A stretch of 58,417 nucleotides of DNA, counting the filler, from Basidioascus undulatus (taxonomy: Eukaryota), in assembly GCA_000826855.1 (NCBI GenBank). It is 3 parts of 3 records of this genome, joined end to end, with 100 filler letters (N's around TTAATTAATTAA, not from the genome) between each part and the next. Parts side by side here need not be neighbours in the genome. Positions count along the whole stretch, not along the records: positions 1 to 10,433 come from JTLS01001128.1; positions 10,534 to 28,072 come from JTLS01001129.1; 1 more part is not named here. One strand, 5' to 3'. This document shows, piece after piece, positions 1-12,442 of the stretch. The notes beneath the pieces are model-generated. The model had not been told where the DNA came from. It worked only from the letters and a program-made list of their open reading frames with translations, and searched no databases. Both the position numbers and the translations under genes were made by a program. Each line of letters starts with the position of its first letter. Within the stretch, counting starts at the first letter, position 1.

Positions 1-3000
1 TCCTAGGGGCGGGCAGGCGGGTGTGTACAGGTCAAGGTGGCGGCTGAGACGAGAGCAACGGGGCGGGCGGCGACTGGGCAACGCTCCGCCTCGCTAGGGG
101 CTTGTGCCCAACCCTAACCCATCGCCATTCGCAGACAGCGCACAATCCGTGCTGACGACTCTACACCGCATTTTCGCGCTTTGAAAGCATTCCCCAGAGC
201 AGTTTGAAGAAAATTAACGTTACAGTGAGCCTTGCAATCGTGTGTACTAGAAGTGAGCGACGATCTGTGGGTGGAAACCGGAAGACGTGCCACGCGACAG
301 CGCGTGCATGGCTGTGCGGGACCAAACTTCGCCAAATTGCATGTTGTTTGTTTGGGGCAAAACTTCATCACATGTGCCATACCCTGAACAAAGCCTTGTG
401 AGCCACGATACTCCAGTCGGACATTACCTGAACAAGCGCAGAGAAATCCCCTACTCCTCTCGCTGAGAACAGCTGAAACGGGTGCGTCGAAACAGGGGTG
501 CAAGAACCACACTCATCGTTTGAGCCCCGCAGGCTGTCGGGATCGTACAGAAGGTGCTGCTCTTTTTTCAGTATGGGCTCTCGAGCTCACCAATCACATA
601 CGATGAGCAGTCCGAATATTTGACGAGGCCCTTGAGCCCATCGCCAGCTCAGGAATGCTCCAAGGTGATCGTCGACGCGTCGCTGGTGTGTGCACCATCA
701 AGACCCAACGCATTATGAGGACCCTCATGTGTACAGAGCTGGTACGTAAGTTTTAGTATACCATTGCAGGAGGATATTGCATCAAGATCTTTGTAGAATC
801 GACAAAGCTGCTTTGCAGTGCGCATGCGCCCTTTCTACTTCAAGCTATTTCGGAAACATCTGCCAGACAGACGTTGCGGCAGCGTACATGGTTGACAGCA
901 TGGAGCGGGTCGGTCCTAGTAACCATTCCTTTGGTCTTTTATTGGCAAGATTAGAGTAGCTATAAGCCGAGATCAGCGGACAGCAACTCTGAGAAAATCC
1001 ATCGGCTTGAATCTTTGGGCCAGAGTCGACTACGGCAGAATGCTTGATTGAGTTTGGCAATGAGTTCAGAAGACATGACTAGAGACTTGAACGGGAAGAA
1101 AAAGAGGAGCATCAGAGGAGTGCGTGTGCGCAAGGATGGGTTCTTCGTAACCTGCGCAGGCAGGCGGACGGATCACAGAGAAGGTCGCGACAGGCGTGCG
1201 CTGCGTACGCATACCGTTCATTCGACGTTTCAATGCAGTGCGGGCCATTGCCAAGGAACTTGTGGATATTCGCGGCCGTATGCATCCAGCGGAGAACGGA
1301 CGCAAGGAGCCGGCCTTGATCGCTGGCCGTTATGGCCTTGTGAGGCCTTTTGCTCAAGTCACAAGCTTCCAAGTTAAATATGGCCCCCATCCAGTACATC
1401 AATGATCCAAGTGGACTCCTCGCAACCACCGGGCACTCCCGTCGACGTGGCGCCAAGCCTGAGCGCGAGCTCGGGACACACTGATGCTACCATGTTAGCA
1501 TACCTTAGCCAAACGAAATAGCAGTTGGAGTTCTCAGATGAACGGTATCCCTGATTTTCCCATATATGAGAACGAACGAGGTTGCAGTGTCATGGCACGG
1601 CAAGGAGAGCACAAGCGTGGGGAGTGGGCGCTGGTGGGTGAATCAGTTCCCGCTTTCCCAAAGCCAGTGAGTAGAGCGGCTAAAATTTCAGTATAACCAA
1701 AATAGGCAAAGCAATCATCATATATATAACTCAAAATGGGCAAGCCCGGAACGAGGAGCGAAATTACGGTGTACAAGTTGGATGTGCACGTCCGGCAGAG
1801 AAGTTTCTGTGCCACCAACACCAATGCGCCCCTACATAGAGGACAGGGGTTAGATAAAAAGTCTTTGAATGTCTGGGATTATGGCGAAGGTCTTTCTCGC
1901 AGCCGATGAGGACATTCGGAAGTTCTAGTTCGGAAAGCTGTAGCTAGGATGCGCATGCCCCCACAGTGCTACCCGATACCGAACTAAACTGACAAACCGA
2001 CTTTTATATCATGTTTAACTTACCGTTTCGGACTACCTGAATTGGTCGTCAAGCTGTACGCACATGTCGGTCATGCTGCGGGACCGACAGACAAGGACCC
2101 GGTCCGACGTCAATCTCAACGCTTCTAGGGGCTGGTGGATTTGCTCAGCGGCTTGGAGTAAAAGCATAAGATTCCTGTCGGACAAACTGAAACTCAAGCC
2201 CAAATTGCAAGTAAAAAAGAAGAGACCAGCGGTCCGGCCCGTTCCGGTGCGAACTGACAGCACTCAAAAGCCCTCAACTTGATCCTGTACGCTTTCAATG
2301 GACCGTATTGGCAGTGAAGACTGCTCAGGTGGTGATTAGAGTCCGAGAGGGAGGTATAATCCAGCGCGATCTGACTCGCGCCTTCGGTTGGGACTGTTGG
2401 GACGGAGCGTGCGTCGGAACAGAGCAGAGCCAGAACACAGCTCTACCCCCCACTCCTCCCGCCGCTTCCACGCTGCCGCCCGCTACTCTTCCGGTTTAGT
2501 TTGCAGATTAGAGACACGAGGAGGAGGAGCAGGATGCGTGATCCGAGGAGTGGAAGATCAGAGCATATTCCGGTTTTCCGTACGTGGACGGTGCAAGCAA
2601 GCTTTCCAGCAGTCAAGTCAATCTGAATACACTGCTTTATCTTACCGCTTTTTTTGACTGTATAAAACTGTGGACAAAATAATTTAATTGGGCCAAAAAG
2701 TGAATGGAACAGCCCAGCATCTAGTTCATCATTCACTGGCGCGAAGGAGCACTACTCGGAACGCAGTGTGCCGCCGCATCAAGGCTCTCGTCGCTTGCAC
2801 GCTACACGGCCTTCCACGCTTTCGTACTCGCAAATGCCTGCTAGGCATTCAGGTTTCTTCACAAGGCGGCCGGCAGGTATCTCCTTCTGTGTTATCAATG
2901 GCTGTTCTATGGATCTAAGTAGAGGAGGAGGTCGACGATGCCGCGCCGGCACTGCAGCTCGTGGAGAACAACGCGAGAACGCCGCTAGCCCTCCTTTCCT

Positions 3001-3559
3001 TTCCGTTGCACCCCAAAAGCTCAAATTTGGACCCGGCACCATAATAAGGACGGTGGCAGGATCGCTTGGTCTTAACCCCTCACCACCATCAAATTTCTGT
3101 CTTGGTGACTAACGCCCACCATATCATCCGCCGCCGTACCGCCTTCGGCGGCCCACTCTCTCAAAAAGTCCCAGAAGCTCTCGAACACTCAGCACGATCT
3201 GTCTTCACTCTTTCTCCAACTTGGATTCCCCACGGAAAGCGAGGCGCGAAACGCCTTTGCATCGAGCTGGGCGACTTGGAGGAGGCCGTGGAGCAGCCGA
3301 GGGAGTTCGAGATTGCCATTTGCGGGTATGTTCGCTCATTTTGTTATTTAATCTATACAAAATCATGTGATCATTGTAGCATGTTTGCATTAGGGACTCC
3401 GGTGCCGGTGAGTAAGCGCACTATTTTTTGTACTTCGGCACGCAGGGGCGACGTTCACGAGACGATTGATTCAACAATGCAGGCCGGAGAGCTTGTTCCC
3501 AAACTATACGGAAGGGAGATTGGCCGCGCGTCTCTCGGGTGGAAGAGAGGAAGAAGCTC

Positions 3560-4221
3560 ACCTCGTAACCCCGCGTCGGCCCCTCCCTGTCACGCCCCGC
3601 ACCCACCCCCACCGCGCCTCTTTAACGCGCCACTCGAACAAAGGGCTCCTCGACGTGCCCTGCAGAACGCCCTGCAGTGCCGCGAGGACCTGCGGCGCCG
3701 AGAGCGGCGGGGGTGGTGTGTTCGGGTAGGGCGCGCGGAGGGCAGGCCGGAAGTGGGAGTAGGCGTCGAAGGTTGAGGGGGAGAGGGAGGAGGTGAAGGG
3801 CGTTGGGCGCGAGAGCGGCGGGTGCGGGGGGAGGACAGACCAGCATAGAATGGACTGCTGAGTTGTACGGGTGAATGTGCCGAGTCGTGTCGAAGCGAAA
3901 GGGGAGAGACGCACTTTGTCTATGCCCTACGTCGTCCATCCGCCGACTTTCGCCCATCCTCTAGCTCCTCCTTTCCCGCTTCTCCTCCACCACCCTACTC
4001 CCAGGCTCCCCCAACCCCCACACCCGCGCCTCCGCGTTCGCCGCCCAAAGCTAGAGGATGGGTCGTGCGCGCGACCTCAATGGGAAGTCCGGGGATGGAA
4101 AGGACCGGGAGGAGAGCGGCGGCTGCGTTGTGGTTGTGGTTGTGGTAGGTTTGGAGGGGGATGGGGAGGAGGAGGAGAAGGGGTAGTCGAGCGGCGGGAG
4201 AGGGCGGATGGCGAGGAGCAT
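3560..4221 (-). pseudogene. Truncated, inverted, disabled 5' copy of the gene starting at 9980 (probable gamma-tubulin complex component)
   Basis: Reverse complement reads MLLAIRPLPPLDYPS..., GWAKVGGWTT*G (TAG where the 9980 copy has CAG), the same GTGCGT intron after K, then SIL...PTPFTSSLSPSTFDAY...LQGTSRSPLFEW. Frameshifted relative to the 9980 copy. Confidence 0.75.
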
Positions 4222-5089
4222 GGAAGGTGGGAAGGAAGGGGGAGGATGATGAGGGCGGGAAGCAAGAGACGCGCTGGAGACGCGTCGCGTCTTCCTCGAT
4301 CAAGCGAAGCCGTTCCCGGTTCTCGCCTGGGTGCATGTCGACTATCGAAATTTAGATCAAACCACAGGTCGGTCGTAGATTCGTAAAGCTCAATGTTTCG
4401 GCGGTTGAAAGCGTGAGAGTACGTAACTGTAAGCCCTCGCTTTGAGGCGGGCCTTGATGCTGCAGACTCGAGACCTTTTCTGCTTTTGTCGCTCGAGCAG
4501 GTGCGCAACACCCACAATAAGCCTCGTTAGAGAATTGCTCCAGATAAATTGGGTCCTAGTCTTTTCCCGAAGACCACCCACGCTTCCTTGTTGTCCAGAT
4601 TGAGCAGCTCAAGAACGCCGGCAAACGCGGCGCTGTGCCATCCCTTCAGTCTGCGTTCGCAGGCCTGCATTGGGAAAAGGCTGAACAGTGCGTGGTTCTG
4701 CCATCATATGTTCTGTACTTTCTGGACTCGACTGGGACTCCCACAGTGACAATGTCGTCATCAACACTCGCAAGCACATTCTGGAAGAGCTGGAGAACGT
4801 AACAAGTCACTTTCGTTTTGCTCGACAGCATCAACCCGCGTGGCTATTGGCGTGCTGTATCTGATTGATATCAGTTCTTGAGCAGAACGTGCTTTAAATC
4901 TATAAAGACAAAGTTCCACACCTCTGCTCCTGTGTGTACTGGAAGGTTTCCGATCGCTGGAGGTGAATAAGACATTGCTCCTTTTACATCCCCGCCCCTT
5001 GTCAGCGCTTCGCGATAGGGCACAAGCGCGGCACACAAGGACTTCGCAGAATCAAAAGGCACGGGCCTTCGCTCGTCATATAGAAAGCA

Positions 5090-6237
5090 ATCTAGACCTT
5101 CCAGAACTCCCAAGTGCGGTCCGCGACCTCAACCTCCCATTTTCTTATCGAAAACTTCGCTAGCAATCAGGCCGCCAGCTCCTCAAAGTCCCCACACCGT
5201 TCCTTTCACCGCAGCCTTTCAACCTCGTTCGATTCCATACCCTCCGGCAGCTAACCGGCCCTCTGGTTCTCGTACCAGACTTCGCTCTCGTAGTAGGTAT
5301 CGATCTTGAGGACGAGCTCGCGAAGCGAAGGCAAGCGACGTGCTCGAGGATGGGTCGGACCGCCTCAACTGCAACGGCAGCGGGATCGGTCTCCCAGCTG
5401 CGCGTCCGAGACTCGACCCTGAGCGACATTCGCAGTCGCTCAAGTTGCTTCCCCTCGGAGGCAAGGCACGTGCTCCACTGCCGTGCCTGGGCCGACCATC
5501 GCTGCGTTGACCATCGCTGCGTTGACCATCACTGCGTTGAGGCGGAAGTGTGCTGCAAGAGGCGCCTAGAAAAGAACGAGCTCTTTGAGGGCGGGTAGGC
5601 CGAGACGCCCTGAAGCGGTGGAGACAGCGTCGGCAGGCGCACGGAGGGACTCCAGCCGGTTTCGAGATCCGAGCGCGGAGAGTAAGCTGGAGTCGAGCGG
5701 AAAGCCGCAGGCCCCCCCGGGATGGAACGTACGCAGGTTCGGCGTGGACTTGACTGCCTTCAGGAGACGACGGTGTAGCTCCTTGTATTTCTGCGGCTCC
5801 GACAGAGATCAGCGAAGCGCATTCCAGCGTGTCGGTGGTGTATTACTCACAGGGGCCAAGTCCGCCGGGCTCTTGGAGTAGTTCCAGGTACCGGTAATCA
5901 ATATGGTTTCGAACCCAGCACCAAGGAATGGATCGGCTCAACTTCTGCAGATTGGCCGATTCGAAGTGGCGGCCTCCCAGTTCGTCGAGCCAGCCCTCAA
6001 ATGTGGTCGTCGCCTGAGGTATCGCCGAAGGATGCCCGGCCGAAGGAAGGCGTTTGCGTGGGCGGCGATGTGCTGGCACGACTGTGACAGAGTCGAATGC
6101 GAGGCTGTCGTCTCAGGGCGAACACGGCGAAGCGACGGGTGGTTAAACGGGCGACAGAGCGAACATATCGATGAGTCTTCTGAAGGTGGTGGGGGACCGA
6201 GCAAGAAAGTCAGCGTTGAAGGCTGAACCTTGGGCAT
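5090..6237 (-). pseudogene. Decayed F-box/LRR (RNI-like) protein gene
   Basis: Reading through stops past ORF 5938-6237 gives a GTGAGT...CCGCAG intron, then KYKELHRLLKAVKSTPNLRTFH, LPALKELVLF* and LPSLRELVLKID. These are LRR-like motifs interrupted by several stops. Confidence 0.55.
5494..5538. repeat. Tandem 15-bp repeat x3 (GACCATCRCTGCGTT)
   Basis: Copies at 5494, 5509 and 5524 read directly. Confidence 0.95.
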
Positions 6238-7282
6238 TCACAAAGGGAAAGCATAAAGGGGCTTGAACAGCGGTGTTGTTGCCTCGCTCGCCCAATGCGC
6301 GTACCCGCACAACGAGTGACTGGGAGAAATGTCTCTCCACCCAGCCAGTTCATTTTCAATTCACTCACTTACATCAGCTGGTGTGGTGCTGCTGCGATGG
6401 CATGTTGTGGCTGCGAGGACACCTCTATTGTCGCAACTGCACTTCCGACGACCATGATTAATTCCACTCGGTAGAGGCATTAAGGAGTACAAGAAAGAAA
6501 CCGATTTCTGTATACTACTCCAAAAACGCGATGGTTGATCTGGCGTGACCCAGCCATTGGTATTACGACTTAAGGCGGATTATTTCATCACACGCACTGA
6601 ACTTGCACTGATTTGAGGTTGTTCTTCCTGTGTAAAAAATCATTCAAGTGATAGAGATTTTCTTAACACTACACATGGTCTGCCCTTCTCTTCATGGCAT
6701 TATTTGAGGATAGTTGTAGCGATGGACGTCGATTCCGATGGCATCTGGCAACCCTTCCACCAGATCAGGGTTGTGACAGGGAGTGAGCTCAGCCCTTTAA
6801 CTACCGCTCTTGAGTGGACGAGAGGGAGCCGGGGACGCGTCGCGTTGAACTCCCCTTCCGATCCGCGATGCTCGCCGTACGCAGACCAATTGCTGAGTTA
6901 TTATAAAGTAATCAGCACGATCAAAACATCAATCTCAGGCTACTCTCGACCGATCGAGAGGCATCACAGACCGGTGAAAGGTTCTGAAACAGGCTTCTGG
7001 GTGCAGCAGATTGCAGGCAACACTCATGTCATCTAGTCCATGTGACGAAAAGGCACGCCCAACGCTTCATGAAATTTCGTCATGAAGCTCGATATGGACA
7101 CAGCCTGCATCCGCAGTACTCCAGAAGTCGAAGCAGAGCAGCACAAGCAATGAACCAGTACGTTAACTTCAACATTGCATTATCACCATGCTTCACCTCA
7201 CATCATCACAAGCCCAAGCAAAAGTACACTCCTACGTTCCACAGCCTTTGCAAGTCCATTTCTTTCCCCCCTACCCTCGCGC

Positions 7283-8538
7283 TCAGTACGCAGTGAGGAC
7301 CTACCCATCCCAGCACCAACATCAGCCGCCCTCCTCTCGGCGGCTTTGGAGCAAGAGCTCGCGCACCTGGAACCCGATCCACTCCTTGCCGGGCGCGACC
7401 TCCTCAAACTTGGACGCGACGCCGGGCTCGACGCAGACGAAGCGCTCCCACCCGCCGGCGTGGAGGTCGGCCATCTTGGAGCCGGCGTCGGCCTATCCAT
7501 CCCTCCCAATCACTTCAGTCCCGACATAAAAGAAACAAGTAAAGATGGGCTGGGGCGAAAGAAGGAAGGTGATTTGGAGGCGACGCACCTGCGGGTTCCA
7601 CACCGTGACATCCGGCAGATTCTTCTTCCTGACATCCACCCCTCCGCCCGGCTCGCCCTTCCCCTGCCCGAGATAGCCCACCCAAATATCATCAGGCGCG
7701 CCCACATAAACGCGGTCCGTCTCGGTCTCCACGCTGACCACCTCGCGGTGCTCCTTGTCGCGCGCGCCCCCGCGGACCTTGTCCGTGTACTCGACGCCCG
7801 CGAGGCCGCGCACGCCGACCTTGGCCGCGGACGAGTGGGGCGGGAGGAGGAGGTACGTGTGGAGGAGAGCCTGGAACGGGAGGGGGAAAGAGGAGGAAGG
7901 GTTCGAGACGTGTAGGGTGGTGGAGAGCTGATGCGCGGTGAGGGTGACGGTGTACGCGAGGGTCGCGGGGGGGAAGGACGGGGGGGCGTCGAGCGCTGGG
8001 AGGCGGCAGGGAGGGGAGATTAGTTAGGCGCGGGTGCAAACAGAATGTAAGAAGAGGAGGACGCACTCAGCTTGACGGACACCCCGTCGTCAGAGTCGAG
8101 CAGGATGCCGCTCCACGCCCAGGTGCTCGTGCGCGCGTAGCCGTGCTGCGGCAGGTCCTTGTAGGGCCCGCCCTTGGGCGGCGGACCGAAAATGGGGAAG
8201 CAGATTGGGATGCCGCCGCGAATCTGTGTGATGGTCCAAGTTAGTAAGGGATGGAAGGAGAGGAGGAGGAGGAGGAGAACGCACGGCCTTGGACCCGTCG
8301 AGGTGGGCCTTCTCGGAGAGGAAGAGCCGCTCGGAGGGCGGAGAGTCGTTGGTCATCGGGAGCGAATTCCAGGAGGTCACGGTGGCTGTTCATCCCATCC
8401 AATCCCAAAATTTCAACCTTCTTGCACTCGTTTGTGAGGGGAGAAGAGGGCGGACGCACCGCCGTAGAAGTGGACCTCCGCCGCCGAGCCAGACGAGTGC
8501 TTGAGCGTGATCTTCGTGTCATCGCGGGAGTACGGCAT
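7283..8538 (-). CDS. D-hexose-6-phosphate 1-epimerase (aldose 1-epimerase/galactose mutarotase-like), multi-exon
   Basis: Spliced peptide MPYSRDDTKITLKH...HFYGATVTSW...[27 protein letters not shown]...LPQHGYAR...ETDRVY...VTVWNP...FVCVEPG...VLTAY*. The family motifs RGGIPxxFP, QHGxAR, WNP and CVEP are all present. Confidence 0.92.
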
Positions 8539-9909
8539 GTTGGGTGTGCTAGTGGTTAGCTGGAAGTGTGAATATGGGTGGATGGATGACTGGGGGGAAG
8601 GAGGGGAAGGCGAAGGGGAGCAGGCGAGATGACGCAAGGTTGGCTGCAGTGTGCGATCGACGTTGGGCAGTTGCCGCAGCGGCAAATAAAGAAAGTGTCT
8701 TTTTGAGGTTCTGCTACATAAAGTTTTTTACTGTACAAATTCCCCGCAAAAAATGGGTGGTTGACAGAAAGGACCCTGGGATACTTACCAACGCCCGCCC
8801 GACTGCCTACGCTCGCCGTCTGAAGCCCAATGAGCAGCTTGCTTGTAGCATTAGCAGGAACCAGGTCCTCCCAAAGGCAGAATACCCCTTGAGCTTCTAG
8901 CCTGTGTGTGGTAATGGCCTCATCTGCAAGTGCGAGCAAACCTACGAAGCTTGCGCCCCTCTCAAAAGTGCGTCGCTAGCAGGCGTGCAAGTTGGCAGTG
9001 CGCCCACTTTGACAAAGCGCAATCCTGTTTGAATGCTGTCAAGAAAAATATTCCTGATTTGCGGTATTGTATCGCGCTTCAGGTCTTCAGTCCCGCAAAG
9101 GAAAGACCTTGGAGTGTTCCTCCGGCAGGTGGCCGCCCGACGTGTGACAACGCAGTCGGCTGAATTTTGGGGTGTCTTTGCCCCTTGTTCCGGTTGCGCA
9201 ATGCACATGGGAAGGAATCAAACAAATGCATGGAAGTCTGACCTGGACGAAATGCTGGGAAAGCTGTCCAAAGCGCAATGCTGGGAACATGCACGGTGGG
9301 CAGGGGCGAGGGAGGGCCGAAGGCGACGCTTGCGCCAGCGAACACCGATCCAATCGCCGAGAAGTGCTGGCAAGGGGCGCACATGGGATGCGACTCCAGT
9401 TAGCCGGCGTGCAGAAAAGAGCAACGTCTTACGTCCAGCTACAGCGACCGAAAGCCCTTTCCGACACGCGGGAGCGTTAAGGCTTAAATCTTGCTCTCTT
9501 CCAGCTTGACTGCAATGGCTCCTCAAGCACTGAAACAGTCAGATGCAGCACGCACTGTACACGGAGGTTGATGCCGAGGAGCCTGTCGAGCGAAACGAGT
9601 AACCTGTCATTGTTGCTGGTGTCTGCGCAACAAGGTCTCAAGAACCTCACAATATTACAGTTGCATAGGAATCCACATAGCTCTGCGCGGATTTTGATCG
9701 ACAGCTACCTAGATTGAAAGGCCGCACACCTCATGAGTCTGTAGCATCAAGGTCAGTTCCAAAGCGACGGCCTGCGGTTTCGTACCCTCACGCTTTCAAC
9801 CGCTGAAATATATTGAGTTTTACAGATCTACCACTGACCTGTCAACGTGATTTAAAATCTAGGTAGCCGATATGCACCCAGGCGAAACCTGGGAACGTAC
9901 TTTGCTCAA

Positions 9910-9938
9910 GAGGACGCGACGCGTCCTCAGCGCGTCTC
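9910..9938 (+). promoter_or_regulatory. ACGCG/ACGCGT (MCB-like) cluster forming a 9-1-9 palindrome
   Basis: GAGGACGCG-A-CGCGTCCTC followed by CGCGT, about 45-70 nt upstream of ATG 9980. The ACGCG cores are retained in the inverted copy at about 4267-4293. Confidence 0.4.
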
Positions 9939-9979
9939 TTGCTTCCTCACCTCATCACCTCCCCCCCTTCACCTCCCGC

Positions 9980-10433
9980 ATGCTGCTCTCCATTCCCCCT
10001 CTCCCGCCGCTCGACTACCCGTCCTCCTCCTCCTCCTCCTCCTCCTCCTCCTCCTCTTCCTTTTCCCCCACCCCAAAAGCTACCGCAACTGAAACCGTCC
10101 AATCTCCCCTCTCGGTCCTCTCCATCCCGCGCCTCCCTGTCGACGGCCGCGCGCACGATCCTATCCTCGAGCTTTGGGCGGCGGATGCTGAGGCGCAGGT
10201 GATGGAGGCGCGGGAGGAGGTGGAGGATGTGGAGGAGGAGGTGGGTACGGAGGAGGAGGAGGCAGGGGAGGATGGGGTGGAGGATGGGGAGCGGGAGCTG
10301 GGGGGATGGGCGAAAGTCGGCGGGTGGACGACGCAGGGCGCGGAGAAGGTGCGTCTTCCCCTTGCCTGCTGCGATTCCAAAAAGATACTGAGGCCGTCCA
10401 CGCAGTCGATCCTTTCCTCGTCCTCACTCCCCC
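9980..10433 (+). CDS. 5' part of a probable gamma-tubulin complex component (Spc97/Spc98 family, GCP6/Alp16-like), truncated by the scaffold gap
   Basis: MLLSIPPLPPLDYP-polySer-...IPRLPVDGRAHDPILELW...acidic tract...WTTQGAEK, then an intron and SIL. The family guess rests on the PFxS..FDA and LQGTSxSPLFxW motifs seen further along the paralogous copy. Confidence 0.45.
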
Positions 10434-10533
10434 NNNNNNNNNNNNNNNNNNNNNNNNNNNNNNNNNNNNNNNNNNNNTTAATTAATTAANNNNNNNNNNN
10501 NNNNNNNNNNNNNNNNNNNNNNNNNNNNNNNNN
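10434..10533. other. Scaffold gap with artificial TTAATTAATTAA linker (10478-10489)
   Basis: N-runs flank a 12-mer that has stops in all six frames. Total length is exactly 100 nt. Confidence 0.97.
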
Positions 10534-10869
10534 GTCTATCGGGAAAGGCTGGCAGGGAGAGGAGGCAGGGGACGGAGGAAGGAGAGGAAGTATTGTATTG
10601 TATCACTTACACGCGCCAAAGAGGCGGGCGCGCGCGCGCCGCCTTGCACTATCCGTTTTGCCTTGGAACAGTTGGGTTGCGGCTCGGGGTGTCGGTGCAA
10701 CTTGGTGCGGTGCGGGGGATGGGAGGCAGGGGCGGGGAGCGCATGGGGGAGCGGGGCATTGGATGGGTGGAGGGAGGGAGGAGGGAGGAAGAGTGTGATG
10801 ATGCGGGGACGGGAACGGCGTCGGGCGGGGGTGTATGGAAAAGTGGGAAGGATGGGAGAGGTTTAAGGA

Positions 10870-11870
10870 CACACTTTCAGGTGGGTGCATCCGACATTCT
10901 TCCCTCTTCAAGACATGAGGCGGGTGGAGAAAGCTTTCAGACCCCATGTGCAGGTCGATCGCAGTGAAATGAGCCATGACTGTCCCAAACAACCCCGCCC
11001 TCCCAGCCTTACGACAGCTTCATCATCGCCCACTGCACGCTCTTCGTCATGCTGTTCGTCCCGTTGTGCCAGAAGACGATGCGCTCGCAGCGACTGGCGG
11101 CGTGGACGCGCGCCCCCAGAGGTTGATATCCCAGTCGAGCCGCGTCTCCACATCGAGAACAAGGCCGAGCTCGACCTCCTCCTTGTCGTGCGTCTCGATC
11201 GCGGCGACGAAGTTGGCCGCGCTCGTGATCGTCGCGCCACATGCGGATGAGGAAGAGCGAGACCGGGTAGAGCACGGACGGATCGTCCGCGTCCCGCTCG
11301 CTGTAGTGCCCCAGCGTCGTCGCCGCCTTGAGGTCCGCGTCCTCGAGGAAGTCGTGGTAGTACGCGGGGTAGGGAGACCTGCTTGGACCAACGGAAAAGT
11401 TTGTCCGTGCTTGCTCGCACAACGATGCAAGCACGAAGAAGGTGCGCCGCTAATGAGCAGCCTCGGCTGCGCCTGGTCGATAGTCGTTTCCGCGCTCATG
11501 ACCTCAAACCCGCCGCGAAGGAGGCGGTCCCTGCGGACAAGGAGAACGCATCTGCGTCTCCATTTGCGGTCATTTAGCTGCACATGCACTCACTTGAGTT
11601 CCTCGAAGGACCTCGCTTGCGAGAACACAGCCGCGTCCAGCGCCTGCTGGATGCGCGTGAGGCGACCGCTGTCCACATTGAGCTCGCTCGCAGCGATCCT
11701 CAGCCCCTCGGCCTGGGCGGGAAGCGCGACGGCCTTCGGTGTATAGAGGGGTACGAAATCAGTTCCCAAAGCTAGGCGGTGAAGGGAAACCAGACGCCGA
11801 CCTGTATGAAGACGTGGATGTGGCGCTTGTTGTGGTTGCCCAATATGTCGTATGAGAGGACCGACCCTTC
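10870..11870 (-). pseudogene. Spliced gene of unknown function, apparently frameshifted
   Basis: Canonical introns join HIHVFIQ / AVALPAQ...FEELK / DRLLRGGFE. Downstream, the protein-like text switches between frames (YHDFLEDADLK; AIETHDKEEVELGLVLD; ERIVFWHNG). Confidence 0.35.
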
Positions 11871-12442
11871 ATAGGGAAAATGGCCATAAAAGTGAGTCAC
11901 CCGAACGAAGCGAGTGGATGCTTGTTGCCGCTGAGAACGACGAACCTACGGCCTACGATCTCGAGCTTCGCGGCCTGAGTTCCAGCGGCGGGCAGGAACG
12001 TAGCAGCCGATGTGCAAAAGAGATTGAGGAGTAAAGGCGAGCTAGTTCAGCGAGAGTTAGCTAGAGCTGATCCGATGGCGGTGCATAAGGAAAAGGCACG
12101 CTGCACGTCGTCGTTTCGAGCCTTGAAAACGGGCTGGGCAGGGGCGGCAGTGCAACTTCCGCTTCTCGTTGTACATTGATCGATCAATTGCCCTGTTTTT
12201 ATCAGAGGGATGCATAAACTGTAAAGACGCGGTGAAAAGTGTGCTGGTTTTAGTCTTCTGTGCTGATCAGAATGCCAGGCCACGGCAGCGCTCGCTGTGA
12301 GCGCGACGATGCCGGAAATTTATGTCTGAAGATGCTTGCACAGATCCCTAACTATAGAACAGTATTCAATGCTTGTGCAGCGTTAACGAGCTCCAGAAAC
12401 TCGTCACGAGTGACACGACCACCTCCCCTGAGTCTTCACAGT

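Noticed and set aside
110..120. Telomere-like AACCCTAACCC (AACCCTAA also at about 57651)
   Set aside because: Fewer than two full units, so chance or a promoter motif cannot be distinguished.
7271..7285. Stop-codon read-through producing a cryptic PTS1 (epimerase; esterase D and ACH1 stop contexts also checked)
   Set aside because: None has a TGA-CTA context, and the epimerase extension would end in ARG rather than an SKL-like tripeptide.
10478..10489. TTAATTAATTAA palindrome, repeated at 28117-28128
   Set aside because: Centred in exactly 100-nt N gaps, so it is an assembly linker and not biology.
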